Assembly: GCF_049075655.1 (NCBI RefSeq)
Contig: NZ_CP157522.1
Location: 576,001-640,000 of the forward strand
Reading direction: 5' to 3'
Source: Methanothermococcus sp. Ax23
GTDB lineage: Archaea > AGJL01 > Methanococci > Methanococcales > Methanococcaceae
Length of the DNA: 64,000 nt
Shown: positions 9,970-19,995 of the stretch, piece after piece
Layout: every line of letters begins with the position of its first letter
How positions within the stretch are numbered: the first letter of the stretch is position 1
Program-made: the position numbers and the translations under genes
The notes under the pieces: model-generated
Databases searched by the model: none
Told to the model about the DNA's origin: nothing
Seen by the model: the letters and a program-made list of their open reading frames with translations, nothing else

Positions 9970-11160
9970 CTAAATATATACTTTTACAGGATGAGTTGGT
10001 AATTTACACAAATCTATCCCTTTAAAAGCATTATCAACCACTTTTCTCATAATATTGTAAGCACCATTAACATCAGCATTTACAACCCATCCTTTTAATG
10101 TTTTAAACAATCCTCTACAAAACCTCTTACCTGCGTATTCTTTCTTTTTGCCTATTTCTTCATTATCAAAGAATGAACATTTAGATGTGTAGCTTTCCTC
10201 TATTAGTACCACTTTAATACCAACCTCTTCTGCCTTATAAACAATTTTATCAATTAATGTCTTAAATGGTATTAAAGTGAAAGTTTGATTATTTTTCTTA
10301 CCTAAACTTACTTCCTGCTTCCAATCATCATTGTATCCAATGATGATTTTAGAAACTTTATTCTTAACGCAGTAATTAACTACAAATCTACTTGCCTTAT
10401 GTATCCAATCACTGACTTTAAAGTTTCTCTTGGTTATCACCTTTTTTAGTTTCTTACCTGATTTTATACCTTGTTTATCGTAAATAGATTTTAGGTTGGA
10501 AACAATTTTATTGAAAAACTGGTTAATAGATTTAATCCCTTTCCCATTGTCTTTAATGATAATCGGTTTATCACCAAAATTATTTGTCATTGTAATAATG
10601 TTTTTCATTCCTAAGTCGATGGATATTATTTTGTTATCATTTAGTTCCATAATTATAGGTTCTTTCTCGTAAATAATTTCTATTTTATAACCTCCTAATG
10701 TTGGTATTAATCTGACTTCCCTGATGTTAGTATCGTCGTTTAATCGTGTATCTACTGTTAAATTTATTTTCTTTGGAAATCTTAATTTTCCATCTTTTAT
10801 TTTACATTGTTGGTTTGTGAAAACCAACATAAAAATACCATCTTTTGGTTTAAAGGACGGTGGTTTTGGTTTTGCTTTAAACTTATTTGAATTGTTCCTG
10901 TATTTTTTTAAAGCTTTGAAATATGATTTCCAATTTCTACTGACTATTTTTAGTATCTGCTGTGCTGATTGTGTTGGTAGTTCTTTGTAGTTCTCACTGT
11001 CTTTTAGTAGTTTATTCAGGTCATTATATAATAGTAATTTATTTTCTTTTAGATGTTGTTTTATTAAGTATGTTGCTTGGTTGTATAGATTCTTTGATAT
11101 ATGGGAGTAATAGTTTAAGGTTGGATTTAGTGGAATATAGATTATTTCAGTTCTTTTCAT
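9970..11160 (-). CDS. tnpB: RNA-guided endonuclease TnpB (rearranged RuvC-II type)
   Basis: SKNLYN N-terminus, RuvC-I SIDLG, IIIGYN with downstream EESYTS, RuvC-III NADVNGAYNI. Confidence 0.93.
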   Translation of the reverse strand: MKRTEIIYIPLNPTLNYYSHISKNLYNQATYLIKQHLKENKLLLYNDLNKLLKDSENYKELPTQSAQQILKIVSRNWKSYFKALKKYRNNSNKFKAKPKPPSFKPKDGIFMLVFTNQQCKIKDGKLRFPKKINLTVDTRLNDDTNIREVRLIPTLGGYKIEIIYEKEPIIMELNDNKIISIDLGMKNIITMTNNFGDKPIIIKDNGKGIKSINQFFNKIVSNLKSIYDKQGIKSGKKLKKVITKRNFKVSDWIHKASRFVVNYCVKNKVSKIIIGYNDDWKQEVSLGKKNNQTFTLIPFKTLIDKIVYKAEEVGIKVVLIEESYTSKCSFFDNEEIGKKKEYAGKRFCRGLFKTLKGWVVNADVNGAYNIMRKVVDNAFKGIDLCKLPTHPVKVYI

Positions 11161-11302
11161 TATATCAAATCTCCAATTTTATTATATAGTAGGATGGTTT
11201 AAATGATATATTATTATTTGACAATATTTGAAACATATGGTTTAAAAGTGTGGATGATATAATGTATATTTAATTTTATAAAAAAACATTATGTGGTAAA
11301 TT

Positions 11303-11959
11303 ATGATATTGGATGGATTGACTAGATTTAGTGGAATTTTTGAATTATTGGGAATTGTTTTTGTAATATTTATTTTCTTGGGATTATTGGTATTATTAAC
11401 TGCAATAGTTCTAAGCTATTTTCTTGTAAAGAAGGATAGGTTAATATTCCCTAGACTATTTTTATATATTATGGATAATTTCTACTCCATACTTTTAAAA
11501 ATATTCCTTTTAGTTGGAACGGAGGATACATTCTACAAAATTGGATTAGATTTCTACAATAAATACTACTACGACAAATTTAATGAAGCCAAAAATAAGG
11601 TTTTAATACTACCCCATTGTTTAAGGGATTTAAAATGTCCTGCAAAGTTGGGAGCCAATGGAATCCAATGTATATTTTGTGGTAAATGTCCCTTGGGCGA
11701 TATAATAAAAACTGCAAAAGAAAATAACTACGATGTATATATAGTTCCAGGCTCAACATTTTTAAAAAGGATATTAAAGGAAAAAAGACCTGATGGAGTA
11801 TTTGGAGTGGCTTGTTATAGCGATTCATTCCATGGTATGAACTACCTTTCGAGAAAAGGCATTGCAACACAAAGTCAGCCCTTATTAAAGGATGGCTGCA
11901 TATGCACATCTGTGGATGTTGAAGAATTATTGGAGCGATTGAGAGATAATAAAAAATAA
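11303..11959 (+). CDS. DUF116-family membrane-anchored Cys-rich protein
   Basis: LPHCLR..CPA, CxxCGxC, VPGST, GVAC, DGC motifs. Confidence 0.85.
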   Translation: MILDGLTRFSGIFELLGIVFVIFIFLGLLVLLTAIVLSYFLVKKDRLIFPRLFLYIMDNFYSILLKIFLLVGTEDTFYKIGLDFYNKYYYDKFNEAKNKVLILPHCLRDLKCPAKLGANGIQCIFCGKCPLGDIIKTAKENNYDVYIVPGSTFLKRILKEKRPDGVFGVACYSDSFHGMNYLSRKGIATQSQPLLKDGCICTSVDVEELLERLRDNKK

Positions 11960-12120
11960 AATAAAACCTTTGTTTTGCTACTCACTTACGAAGTAGTGAA
12001 AACTAAAAAAATTAAAAACATATAAAAATATTAAATACCATTCTACATATATGTGCTTCTTATATCTATATTTAAAATAACAATAATTATTACAAATTTA
12101 ATTTATTGAATTTTTATTAA

Positions 12121-13143
<1,023 letters not shown>

Positions 13144-13225
13144 TCAAAAAAATAATTAATTTTTTAAGATATTTATTTTTTAATATTATTTTTTTTAAAT
13201 ATAAATATAAATTATTCTGGTTATT

Positions 13226-13678
13226 TTAGTTTCCCTGAGCTCTATCTAAAACAATATCAACAACCCTATCATCCGCACCCATAGGTTCTCTGTAAATTAT
13301 CTCCACATCTTCTGGGAGCTCTATTTTTTCAGTGTCGTGGTGATGATGATGGTGATGATGGTGGTGTTCGCATCCCTCCCCGTGTTCATGGTGATGTTCT
13401 GTTTCATCGTCCCCTTCATAGATTCCTAAAATTTTTGGAATATCTCTTTTTGTATGGTTTCCATGAGCCAAGAAAACAGGAACAACGATGATTTTTTTAG
13501 CACCTTTTTCAACAGCACTATTAATTGCCTGAGGTATTGTTGGTTCATTAAATTCCATCATGCCAACTTCTATAATAGGATATATGTTTTTTTCCCTTAT
13601 TTTTTCAGCAATCTCAGAAACTATTTCTTTTGAATATGGCAATCTACTTCCATGGCCTACTAAAACTAATGCTTCCAT
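13226..13678 (-). CDS. cfbA: Sirohydrochlorin nickel/cobalt chelatase (CbiX-S/CfbA) with His-rich loop
   Basis: VGHGSR, VPVFLAHGNH, poly-His tract; start ATG 13678 behind GAGGT. Confidence 0.9.
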   Translation of the reverse strand: MEALVLVGHGSRLPYSKEIVSEIAEKIREKNIYPIIEVGMMEFNEPTIPQAINSAVEKGAKKIIVVPVFLAHGNHTKRDIPKILGIYEGDDETEHHHEHGEGCEHHHHHHHHHHDTEKIELPEDVEIIYREPMGADDRVVDIVLDRAQGN

Positions 13679-13753
13679 ATTATACCTCACTTTTATTTTG
13701 TAATACTTTTGTTATTGTTCTTCATAAACATATATATAGTTTTCGAATTTGAA

Positions 13754-14800
13754 GAGGTTGTCGAAAAATATTAAATTATCAATAACATATAATACATGTT
13801 ATGAAGGGGAATATAAAAAAGAAAATAGAAAAGAAAAAGACCAATCCTAAGACAAAAGGATACTGGAGAATATACGACCTTAGATATAAGAAATACGACC
13901 TAAGAACTACTTATACGTTGATTTTATCCATTACAAACATGCTGAATCGTCCTTCTACCGAAGGACGAAAGGTTGATAGGGTATCTGCCCTACCCTATAA
14001 TGAATATGTGGTAGTTCTAATATTAAAACATATCTACAAACTAAGTTTAAGGGATTTAGAGACACTCTCAAATACATTACATAACAAACATATTGACCAT
14101 TCCACATACGGTAAAGCATTTAAACGGATGGATAATGAGTTTCTATCCAATTTACTCACTTTTACATATACGATTATAGATAATCTACTAACTCAGCCCT
14201 CCAACAAACTATATATGGCAGACTCAACAGGAGTTTCCATAAATAGGTTATACTATGAGTGCATTCACGGAGGGAAACGTACTAAACGATTGGTGCATGA
14301 TAAATTGCATGTTCTAGCATCATACTATCCAGAACAAGGATATATTCCAATAATCTCCGCCCGTTGGGGCGGAGGTTATAGTTCCGATAGTGCCAACCTA
14401 TTGGAAATGGTTAAACAGATTGATTTTTTAGATAATGAATATCTACTGGCTGATGGAGGATATGATTGCTGTGAATTGTTTGAATATTTACTACAACACA
14501 ATATCACTCCAATAGTTAAAACAAAAGAATTCAAGTGGAAGTATCATATTAGCAAAGTTAGAAAAACCATTAAGAGCATGTTTAACAAGGATTGGTATCG
14601 CCTTCGGGGGATAGTAGAATTCATATTTGGAGGGCTGGAGACTAAAAACAGGTTAATATTAGATGACAGGTTGGCGGATAGCAGAGATGTAAAAGCACTA
14701 TTGCTACTGCGATAGTGCATAACGTATTAACACTAATGAGAGTATTAGTATTAACATATGATACTGAATAAAATTACAAATTCAATTATTCGACAACCTC
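13754..14800 (+). mobile_element. IS5-like DDE insertion sequence, 1047 bp
   Basis: TIR GAGGTTGTCGAA / TTCGACAACCTC (12 bp perfect); 9-bp target duplication GAATTTGAA at 13745-13753 and 14801-14809. Confidence 0.92.
13801..14771 (+). pseudogene. IS5-like DDE transposase with C-terminal frameshift
   Basis: ADSTG, LADGGYD, YRLRGIVE motifs; ORF stops at 14715 while the expected AIVHN tail continues in another frame (14709-14771). Confidence 0.75.
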
Positions 14801-14867
14801 GAATTTGAATACTTATTAATAATATAACATTAAAGATAACTATAGAAACAAATATGGAGAATATTAG

Positions 14868-15024
14868 GTCAGCTACCAACGACTAAAGTCGTTGGCTTGC
14901 CCTTCCAACTCCCTCAATAATAAGGGCGGAGGACATTAGGCTGGCTGACGGACAGCCCTGTATTATTTACCAATAAAGCCCTTCCAACCGTATCCACTCT
15001 ACCGAGCTTCGTGCCTTAGGGCTT
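14868..15024 (-). ncRNA. Putative omega-RNA (sotRNA-like) of the miniature element
   Basis: Internal BRE-TATA (CGAAAAA-TTTATATG, TATA 15048-15055); GC-rich body with AAGCCCT/AGGGCTT stem and tnpB-3'-type GGGCTGTCCGTCAGCCAGCC. Confidence 0.65.
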
Positions 15025-15108
15025 ATTACAATTTATAGTTTATACAACATATAAATTTTTCGGCATTCCTCCAACGGCTAAAACCGTTGGCTTCCTGCCG
15101 AAGGAATC
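14868..15108 (-). mobile_element. Protein-free IS200/IS605 miniature element (241 bp)
   Basis: Sub-terminal hairpins 14876-14895 and 15071-15090; on - strand guide GAAG with target TCAC and guide CAAG with end TGAC, both fitting IS608 guide/cleavage pairing rules. Confidence 0.88.
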
Positions 15109-15132
15109 GTGAAATTATTATTGGGTGAAATT

Positions 15133-16257
15133 GTGGCAGTATCTTCCTTAACGGTAATACTTTTATTTGCACTAATCTGGACAATATTATATATATTATA
15201 CAATAAAAAACCAAATAATGACAATGTTGGGTTAAAAACATATTATGGAATATTTGGAATATTAAGAACCCCCTGGGGTCTGAAAACCATAGAAACACTG
15301 GGGAAATATAAAGTATGGCAGAAAATATCCATTTTATTAATTCCAATCTGCATAATTGTGAGTATTCTTACTTTTTACATGCTTATAAATTCTACGATTC
15401 AATTATTTAACGGAACTGTGCCAAAAGAAAGCTCAAAACCTGTTATATTTTTATTCGGAAATATGATACCATGGATTCCCGGAATTATAGCTCTTATAAT
15501 TGGAATTACATTTCATGAGATGGCACACGGTATTGTAGCACGGTCATTTAACTTGAATATAAAAAGCACAGGATTACTTCTTGCTTTGGGTATTCCTCTT
15601 GGTGCATTTGTTGAAATAGGGGATGAATTCAAAAACGCCAGTAAAAAAGTAAGGGGTGCTGTGGCATCAGCAGGACCAATAGCAAATATAATAATATTTT
15701 TTATGGTGCTTTTTATAACTCCCTATTTCTATGGGATTTCTACTCCATTAACCATTACAAATGTATTAGAAGATTATCCAGCTAGTGGAATACTTATGAA
15801 AGGGGATGTAATATATTCAATTGGCAAAAGAAGGATAAATTCATTGTCTGACTTCTACGATGCTGTGAAGGACATGAAACCAAATGAAAAAATAGCAGTA
15901 AGTGTTTTAAGGGATGGTCAATTGAAAACTGTGGAATTAATAACCTCAAATGATGGAAAAATAGGCATAAATGCAGAACCTTCAAAAAATTTGTTGTTTA
16001 TACTTCAAACGCTATATTGGACTAGCATGTTAAATTTAATGCTTGGATTCTTTAATCTATTACCTGCGTTGCCCTTGGATGGTTTTCATGTGTGGAATGC
16101 ACTCCCTGAGCTCATCCGAGATATAAAAAGAAACAGCAAAATAACCGAAAAGATTTCAAAATACCTGGAATACATAATAAATGAAAAAAATTTATCATCT
16201 ATAAGTTTAATGGTTTGGATGATTATATTTGCCTCCATGGCATATTCATTTGTATAA
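15133..16257 (+). CDS. Site-2 protease (M50) with PDZ domain
   Basis: HEMAH, AGPIAN, NLLPALPLDG; start moved to GTG 15133 behind GGTGA. Confidence 0.92.
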   Translation: MAVSSLTVILLFALIWTILYILYNKKPNNDNVGLKTYYGIFGILRTPWGLKTIETLGKYKVWQKISILLIPICIIVSILTFYMLINSTIQLFNGTVPKESSKPVIFLFGNMIPWIPGIIALIIGITFHEMAHGIVARSFNLNIKSTGLLLALGIPLGAFVEIGDEFKNASKKVRGAVASAGPIANIIIFFMVLFITPYFYGISTPLTITNVLEDYPASGILMKGDVIYSIGKRRINSLSDFYDAVKDMKPNEKIAVSVLRDGQLKTVELITSNDGKIGINAEPSKNLLFILQTLYWTSMLNLMLGFFNLLPALPLDGFHVWNALPELIRDIKRNSKITEKISKYLEYIINEKNLSSISLMVWMIIFASMAYSFV

Positions 16258-16307
16258 TTTTTTTATTTTATTTTATTTTTTTATTTAATTTTAAAGGCTG
16301 GTGAATT

Positions 16308-17165
16308 ATGATAACAATAGTGTGTGCAGAAGGCGGTTCAACGATATATTCATTAAAAAATGCCATAGAGAATTTAGGGGAAAAGTGTGAAATCCTACTA
16401 TTATCAGACAATAATTTAATGGTAGAAAGGAAGTTTAATATTGATACCGATTTAATCCATTCAAGATGTGGTATTGGGGATTATTTAGATAGATTAACCC
16501 TTTTTTCATGGCAGGTATTAAATGTTTTGGAATCAGAAGAACATAAATTCATCAACCCCCTTAAAACAATCTACAATTCGTCGGATAAATTCAAAACCAT
16601 TAAAATACTTTCAAAAAACAACATAAACACACCAAAAACGGCACTTGTAAGAGACTATGAAGATGCCAAAAGATTTATGGAAAAATATAATTTAAATTAT
16701 CCCATAATATTAAAAAATTCTTTCTCAAAATGTGGATTAAGTGTAAAAATGGCAAAATCTGACGAAGAATTAAAAAAATATACGGAAAATGCAATATGGG
16801 AAGGAACTATTGTCCAAGAATATGTTGATTTTGGGGAAAATGGAATATATAAAGACATTCGGGTTCTTGTGGTGGATGGGGAAGTAATTGGCGGATATAG
16901 AAGAGTTAGTAAAAATTTCATAACTAACTTACATCTTGGAAATGGCATCGAGCCATTAAAACTAAATGACGAAATTGAAGAGCTCGCATTAAAATGTGCG
17001 GAATCCATGAACGGATATATTATGGGTGTGGATATATTACCTTCAAAAAATGGATACTATGTAATTGAAACAAATACTGCACCAGGGACAAAAGGTTTCA
17101 GAGCTCTGGGTATAAATGCAGATGAAGAAATTGCAAAATGTTTAATAAATTATAAAAAGAGATAA
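16308..17165 (+). CDS. mptN: RimK-type ATP-grasp ligase, likely tetrahydromethanopterin:alpha-L-glutamate ligase
   Basis: DLIHSRCGIG, QEYV, DIRVLVV, IETNTAPG. Confidence 0.8.
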   Translation: MITIVCAEGGSTIYSLKNAIENLGEKCEILLLSDNNLMVERKFNIDTDLIHSRCGIGDYLDRLTLFSWQVLNVLESEEHKFINPLKTIYNSSDKFKTIKILSKNNINTPKTALVRDYEDAKRFMEKYNLNYPIILKNSFSKCGLSVKMAKSDEELKKYTENAIWEGTIVQEYVDFGENGIYKDIRVLVVDGEVIGGYRRVSKNFITNLHLGNGIEPLKLNDEIEELALKCAESMNGYIMGVDILPSKNGYYVIETNTAPGTKGFRALGINADEEIAKCLINYKKR

Positions 17166-17227
17166 AACTAAAAGTTAAATAGATATTAAACGATAATATC
17201 CGTAATATCCGTAATTTGGGGGAAATT

Positions 17228-17956
17228 ATGATTGAAAATCTTATTTATAGTTTTATTTTTGTAATCGTGGCATTGGCTCTCTCTTTCAAAGAAAAATTGG
17301 GAACAGAAAAGGAAATACTCTTTGTTTCCATTTTGGCACTTATTCAGTTGTTTATTTTAGGGTATATACTTATCCATATTTTTACTTTGGGGATGGCTTT
17401 TGCATATTTGCTAATGTTAATAATGATTTTTGTTGCATCATATATCGTAAATAAGGAGGTTAAACTATCCAATAAAAAGAAGTTATTTTCCTGCTTATTT
17501 CTAACATATCTAACAACTGCAATTGTTTCCTTGTTGATTTTAATATTTTCAAATATCGTCCCATACGAACCTAGATATGTAATTCCACTTATGGGGATGG
17601 TAATAGGAAATTCAATGAACACTGTTCATTTAACATTGAATAAAATCATAGACATTATTAAATCAAATAGAAATGAATTATGGGGATACCTATCATTAGG
17701 TGCAACAGAGTTTCAGGCATTAAAGCCATTTATGAAAAACGCCATTAATTCAGCAATTATTCCCCAAATGAACAGAACAAAATCTGTGGGAATTATATTT
17801 ATTCCCGGAGCTATGACAGGTATGATTCTAAGCGGAGCTGACCCCATTTATGCCGCAGAGATTCAAATAGTAATCATGTGGATGATACTAAGCGGTGCGG
17901 TGATTTCCGGGCTACTGATATGTTATCTTATATATAAAGAGCTCGTTAAGGTGTAG
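17228..17956 (+). CDS. UPF0014/FetB-family permease
   Basis: [25 protein letters not shown]; start ATG 17228. Confidence 0.88.
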   Translation: MIENLIYSFIFVIVALALSFKEKLGTEKEILFVSILALIQLFILGYILIHIFTLGMAFAYLLMLIMIFVASYIVNKEVKLSNKKKLFSCLFLTYLTTAIVSLLILIFSNIVPYEPRYVIPLMGMVIGNSMNTVHLTLNKIIDIIKSNRNELWGYLSLGATEFQALKPFMKNAINSAIIPQMNRTKSVGIIFIPGAMTGMILSGADPIYAAEIQIVIMWMILSGAVISGLLICYLIYKELVKV

Positions 17957-17986
17957 AAATTAATAAATTATCTTTTTTTGTTTTTA

Positions 17987-19684
17987 TTATTCAATTTCCA
18001 TTTCAAACCCAACAACAGGATGTTCCAAATCAAAGTTTAATATAACTTCCGGGTGGAGCTCACCAAAATACCCTATTGCTTTTTCAGTATCTGCATTTAT
18101 TATCCTTGCACATCTTCCCCCTATAAATGATGGATGGTCGTAGTTTTCCAATTTATAATTTATATCCATCTCTCTTAAAAGACCTTCTGCATAGCTTTTC
18201 AACTCATTGAAGTTTGCATTTGGATGAATTATAGCAAATGCTACCTTTCCTACATTTTTACATTTTGTATATGAGCTCTCATCAGTTTCATCGATTACAA
18301 CACAGTCCCCCACTTCAAATATTTTCTGTGGGAGCTCATTGTGTTTATTAATATACAATGTTTCCAACAGCAAAGGTAGTATTGACGGTCTAACAACCCT
18401 GTGCTCTATTGATGCAGGTTTTAAAACTTCAACATATTCTTTATCATCTACATCAATCTTCATTTTTTTGAAAAGCACATCCTGATTTGATAATGTTAAA
18501 TTCATTACCTCAAAAAATCCAAATCCTACCATAACATCTCTTATAAAATCAAATTTCTTTTCCAGCGGATGTTTTTCCCCAATTGTGGCAACATTTGGGA
18601 ATTTCCCAGTGAATTTATCGTATCCATAATGTATTGCTACTTCCTCTGTGAAATCGACTTTATGGAGTATATCGACTCTATATGCTGGGATTTGGACAAT
18701 TATATTATTTTTTTCATAATTATATTCTGCATCCATTCTCGCCTTTCTTAAAGATGTTATTATTTCCCCAGGATTTAAATTTAATCCGAGTCTTTTATTT
18801 ATAAATTCTGGTGAGAGCTCTTCTACTTTTGGCGTTAAGTCTGGATAAATTATTGTATCCTTTTTATTTTTATTATTGCTATTAACCAACTTCACAGAAT
18901 ATATTGTTCCGCCCCTATCTGCAAATGCACTTACCAATATATTTAAGGTATTTTCTACCGCATTTTTATCCGTTCCTGTGATATCGATTAATAAATTTCT
19001 TGTTTCCGTTGTTACTTTTGTTAGATTCCCGTTTATTATCGGAGGCATTGAAAGAACATTTCCATCTTTATCAAGTATTATAGGATACCTGCCATCAGCA
19101 ATTAAATGAGCGTATTTTATACCTTTTTCATGTTTTTGAAGGATTTCTTCGGGCGTCATTTCTACATCATATCCCAAAGGTTCAAATTTCAATTCATCCC
19201 CTTTTATTTCCTTATAATAAAATGGGGGAGCTACTTTATCAAAGTCATGAATACCAATTGCTATCTTTTTTCTATCTCGTCCAATAGTCCAATGGAGCTT
19301 CTCTTGAAGATTTATTATACTTTCCAAAACCAAATCATCGACAATAACATTTTTTACAATTGCAAAGGCACAATATGGTCTAAGTCTCACATCTTCAACA
19401 AAAACTTCAACATCTGATTCATAAACATCATACTTTGGCATTCCTTTATCTATACCCATAAATCCCCTAAATCCTCTTGCAAGCCCTTCAACACTTAAAT
19501 AATCTGGTCTATCAGGGTTTATTGAAAACTGGATGATTTTTTCTTTTTTATCCTCTTTAATTTCTTCAAATATTTCTTCAACTTCAACCCCCATCATTGG
19601 GAATTTATCTTCAATAGTCTTATCGGATAAACTCACATTAACAAGATTTTCAAGGTCTCTTTTATTAACATTGATTGTTGGCAT
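17987..19684 (-). CDS. pheT: Phenylalanyl-tRNA synthetase beta subunit
   Basis: MPTI start at 19684, NPDRPDYLS, AIGIHD, RVDILH, GELHP. Confidence 0.95.
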   Translation of the reverse strand: MPTINVNKRDLENLVNVSLSDKTIEDKFPMMGVEVEEIFEEIKEDKKEKIIQFSINPDRPDYLSVEGLARGFRGFMGIDKGMPKYDVYESDVEVFVEDVRLRPYCAFAIVKNVIVDDLVLESIINLQEKLHWTIGRDRKKIAIGIHDFDKVAPPFYYKEIKGDELKFEPLGYDVEMTPEEILQKHEKGIKYAHLIADGRYPIILDKDGNVLSMPPIINGNLTKVTTETRNLLIDITGTDKNAVENTLNILVSAFADRGGTIYSVKLVNSNNKNKKDTIIYPDLTPKVEELSPEFINKRLGLNLNPGEIITSLRKARMDAEYNYEKNNIIVQIPAYRVDILHKVDFTEEVAIHYGYDKFTGKFPNVATIGEKHPLEKKFDFIRDVMVGFGFFEVMNLTLSNQDVLFKKMKIDVDDKEYVEVLKPASIEHRVVRPSILPLLLETLYINKHNELPQKIFEVGDCVVIDETDESSYTKCKNVGKVAFAIIHPNANFNELKSYAEGLLREMDINYKLENYDHPSFIGGRCARIINADTEKAIGYFGELHPEVILNFDLEHPVVGFEMEIE

Positions 19685-19814
19685 GTTTTCACCTTTTTTC
19701 TTTTTATGGGTGAAAACATTAGAAACCATGGGTTTCTTTTATGTTTTCACCATCTTTCTTTTTTTGGGGAAAATATATAAAATCCTGAAAGGATTTTAAG
19801 TATGTTTTTTCACC
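19683..19814 (-). promoter_or_regulatory. pheT leader with repeated SD/anti-SD modules
   Basis: ATGTTTTCACC at 19683 and 19741, its complement at 19709, degenerate copies near 19766 and 19801, with short intervening hairpins. Confidence 0.45.
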
Positions 19815-19995
19815 TTTTTTTCTTTATCTTTTTTTATTTTTTTCTTTTTTCCGTCCCAACTATTGTAAAATAATAATATTAAATTAATTAAATTATACCA
19901 ATACCAAATTTTAAATTATATAAAATAACTTAAATGATATTATAATAGTATTAAAAATAACATAAATAGAAATAATATTTATATTTAGTGATAAT

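Larger units (their letters stand above)
9752..11240 (-). mobile_element. Non-autonomous tnpB-only element, IS607-like ends
   Basis: Two perfect 10-mers inverted at the two ends (ATGTTTCAAA 9760-9769 / TTTGAAACAT 11227-11236; TATATCATTT 9771-9780 / AAATGATATA 11201-11210); TGGTTT at both junctions; no tnpA. Exact ends uncertain. Confidence 0.6.

Noticed and set aside
13336-13395. Poly-His tract in the chelatase
   Set aside because: His-rich loops are a known feature of CbiX/CfbA.
15026-15346. 106-aa minus-strand ORF entering the miniature element
   Set aside because: Antisense to the S2P gene with no TnpA or TnpB motifs.
17194-17215. TAATATCCG tandem duplication
   Set aside because: About 2.4 copies of a 9-mer; likely slippage.
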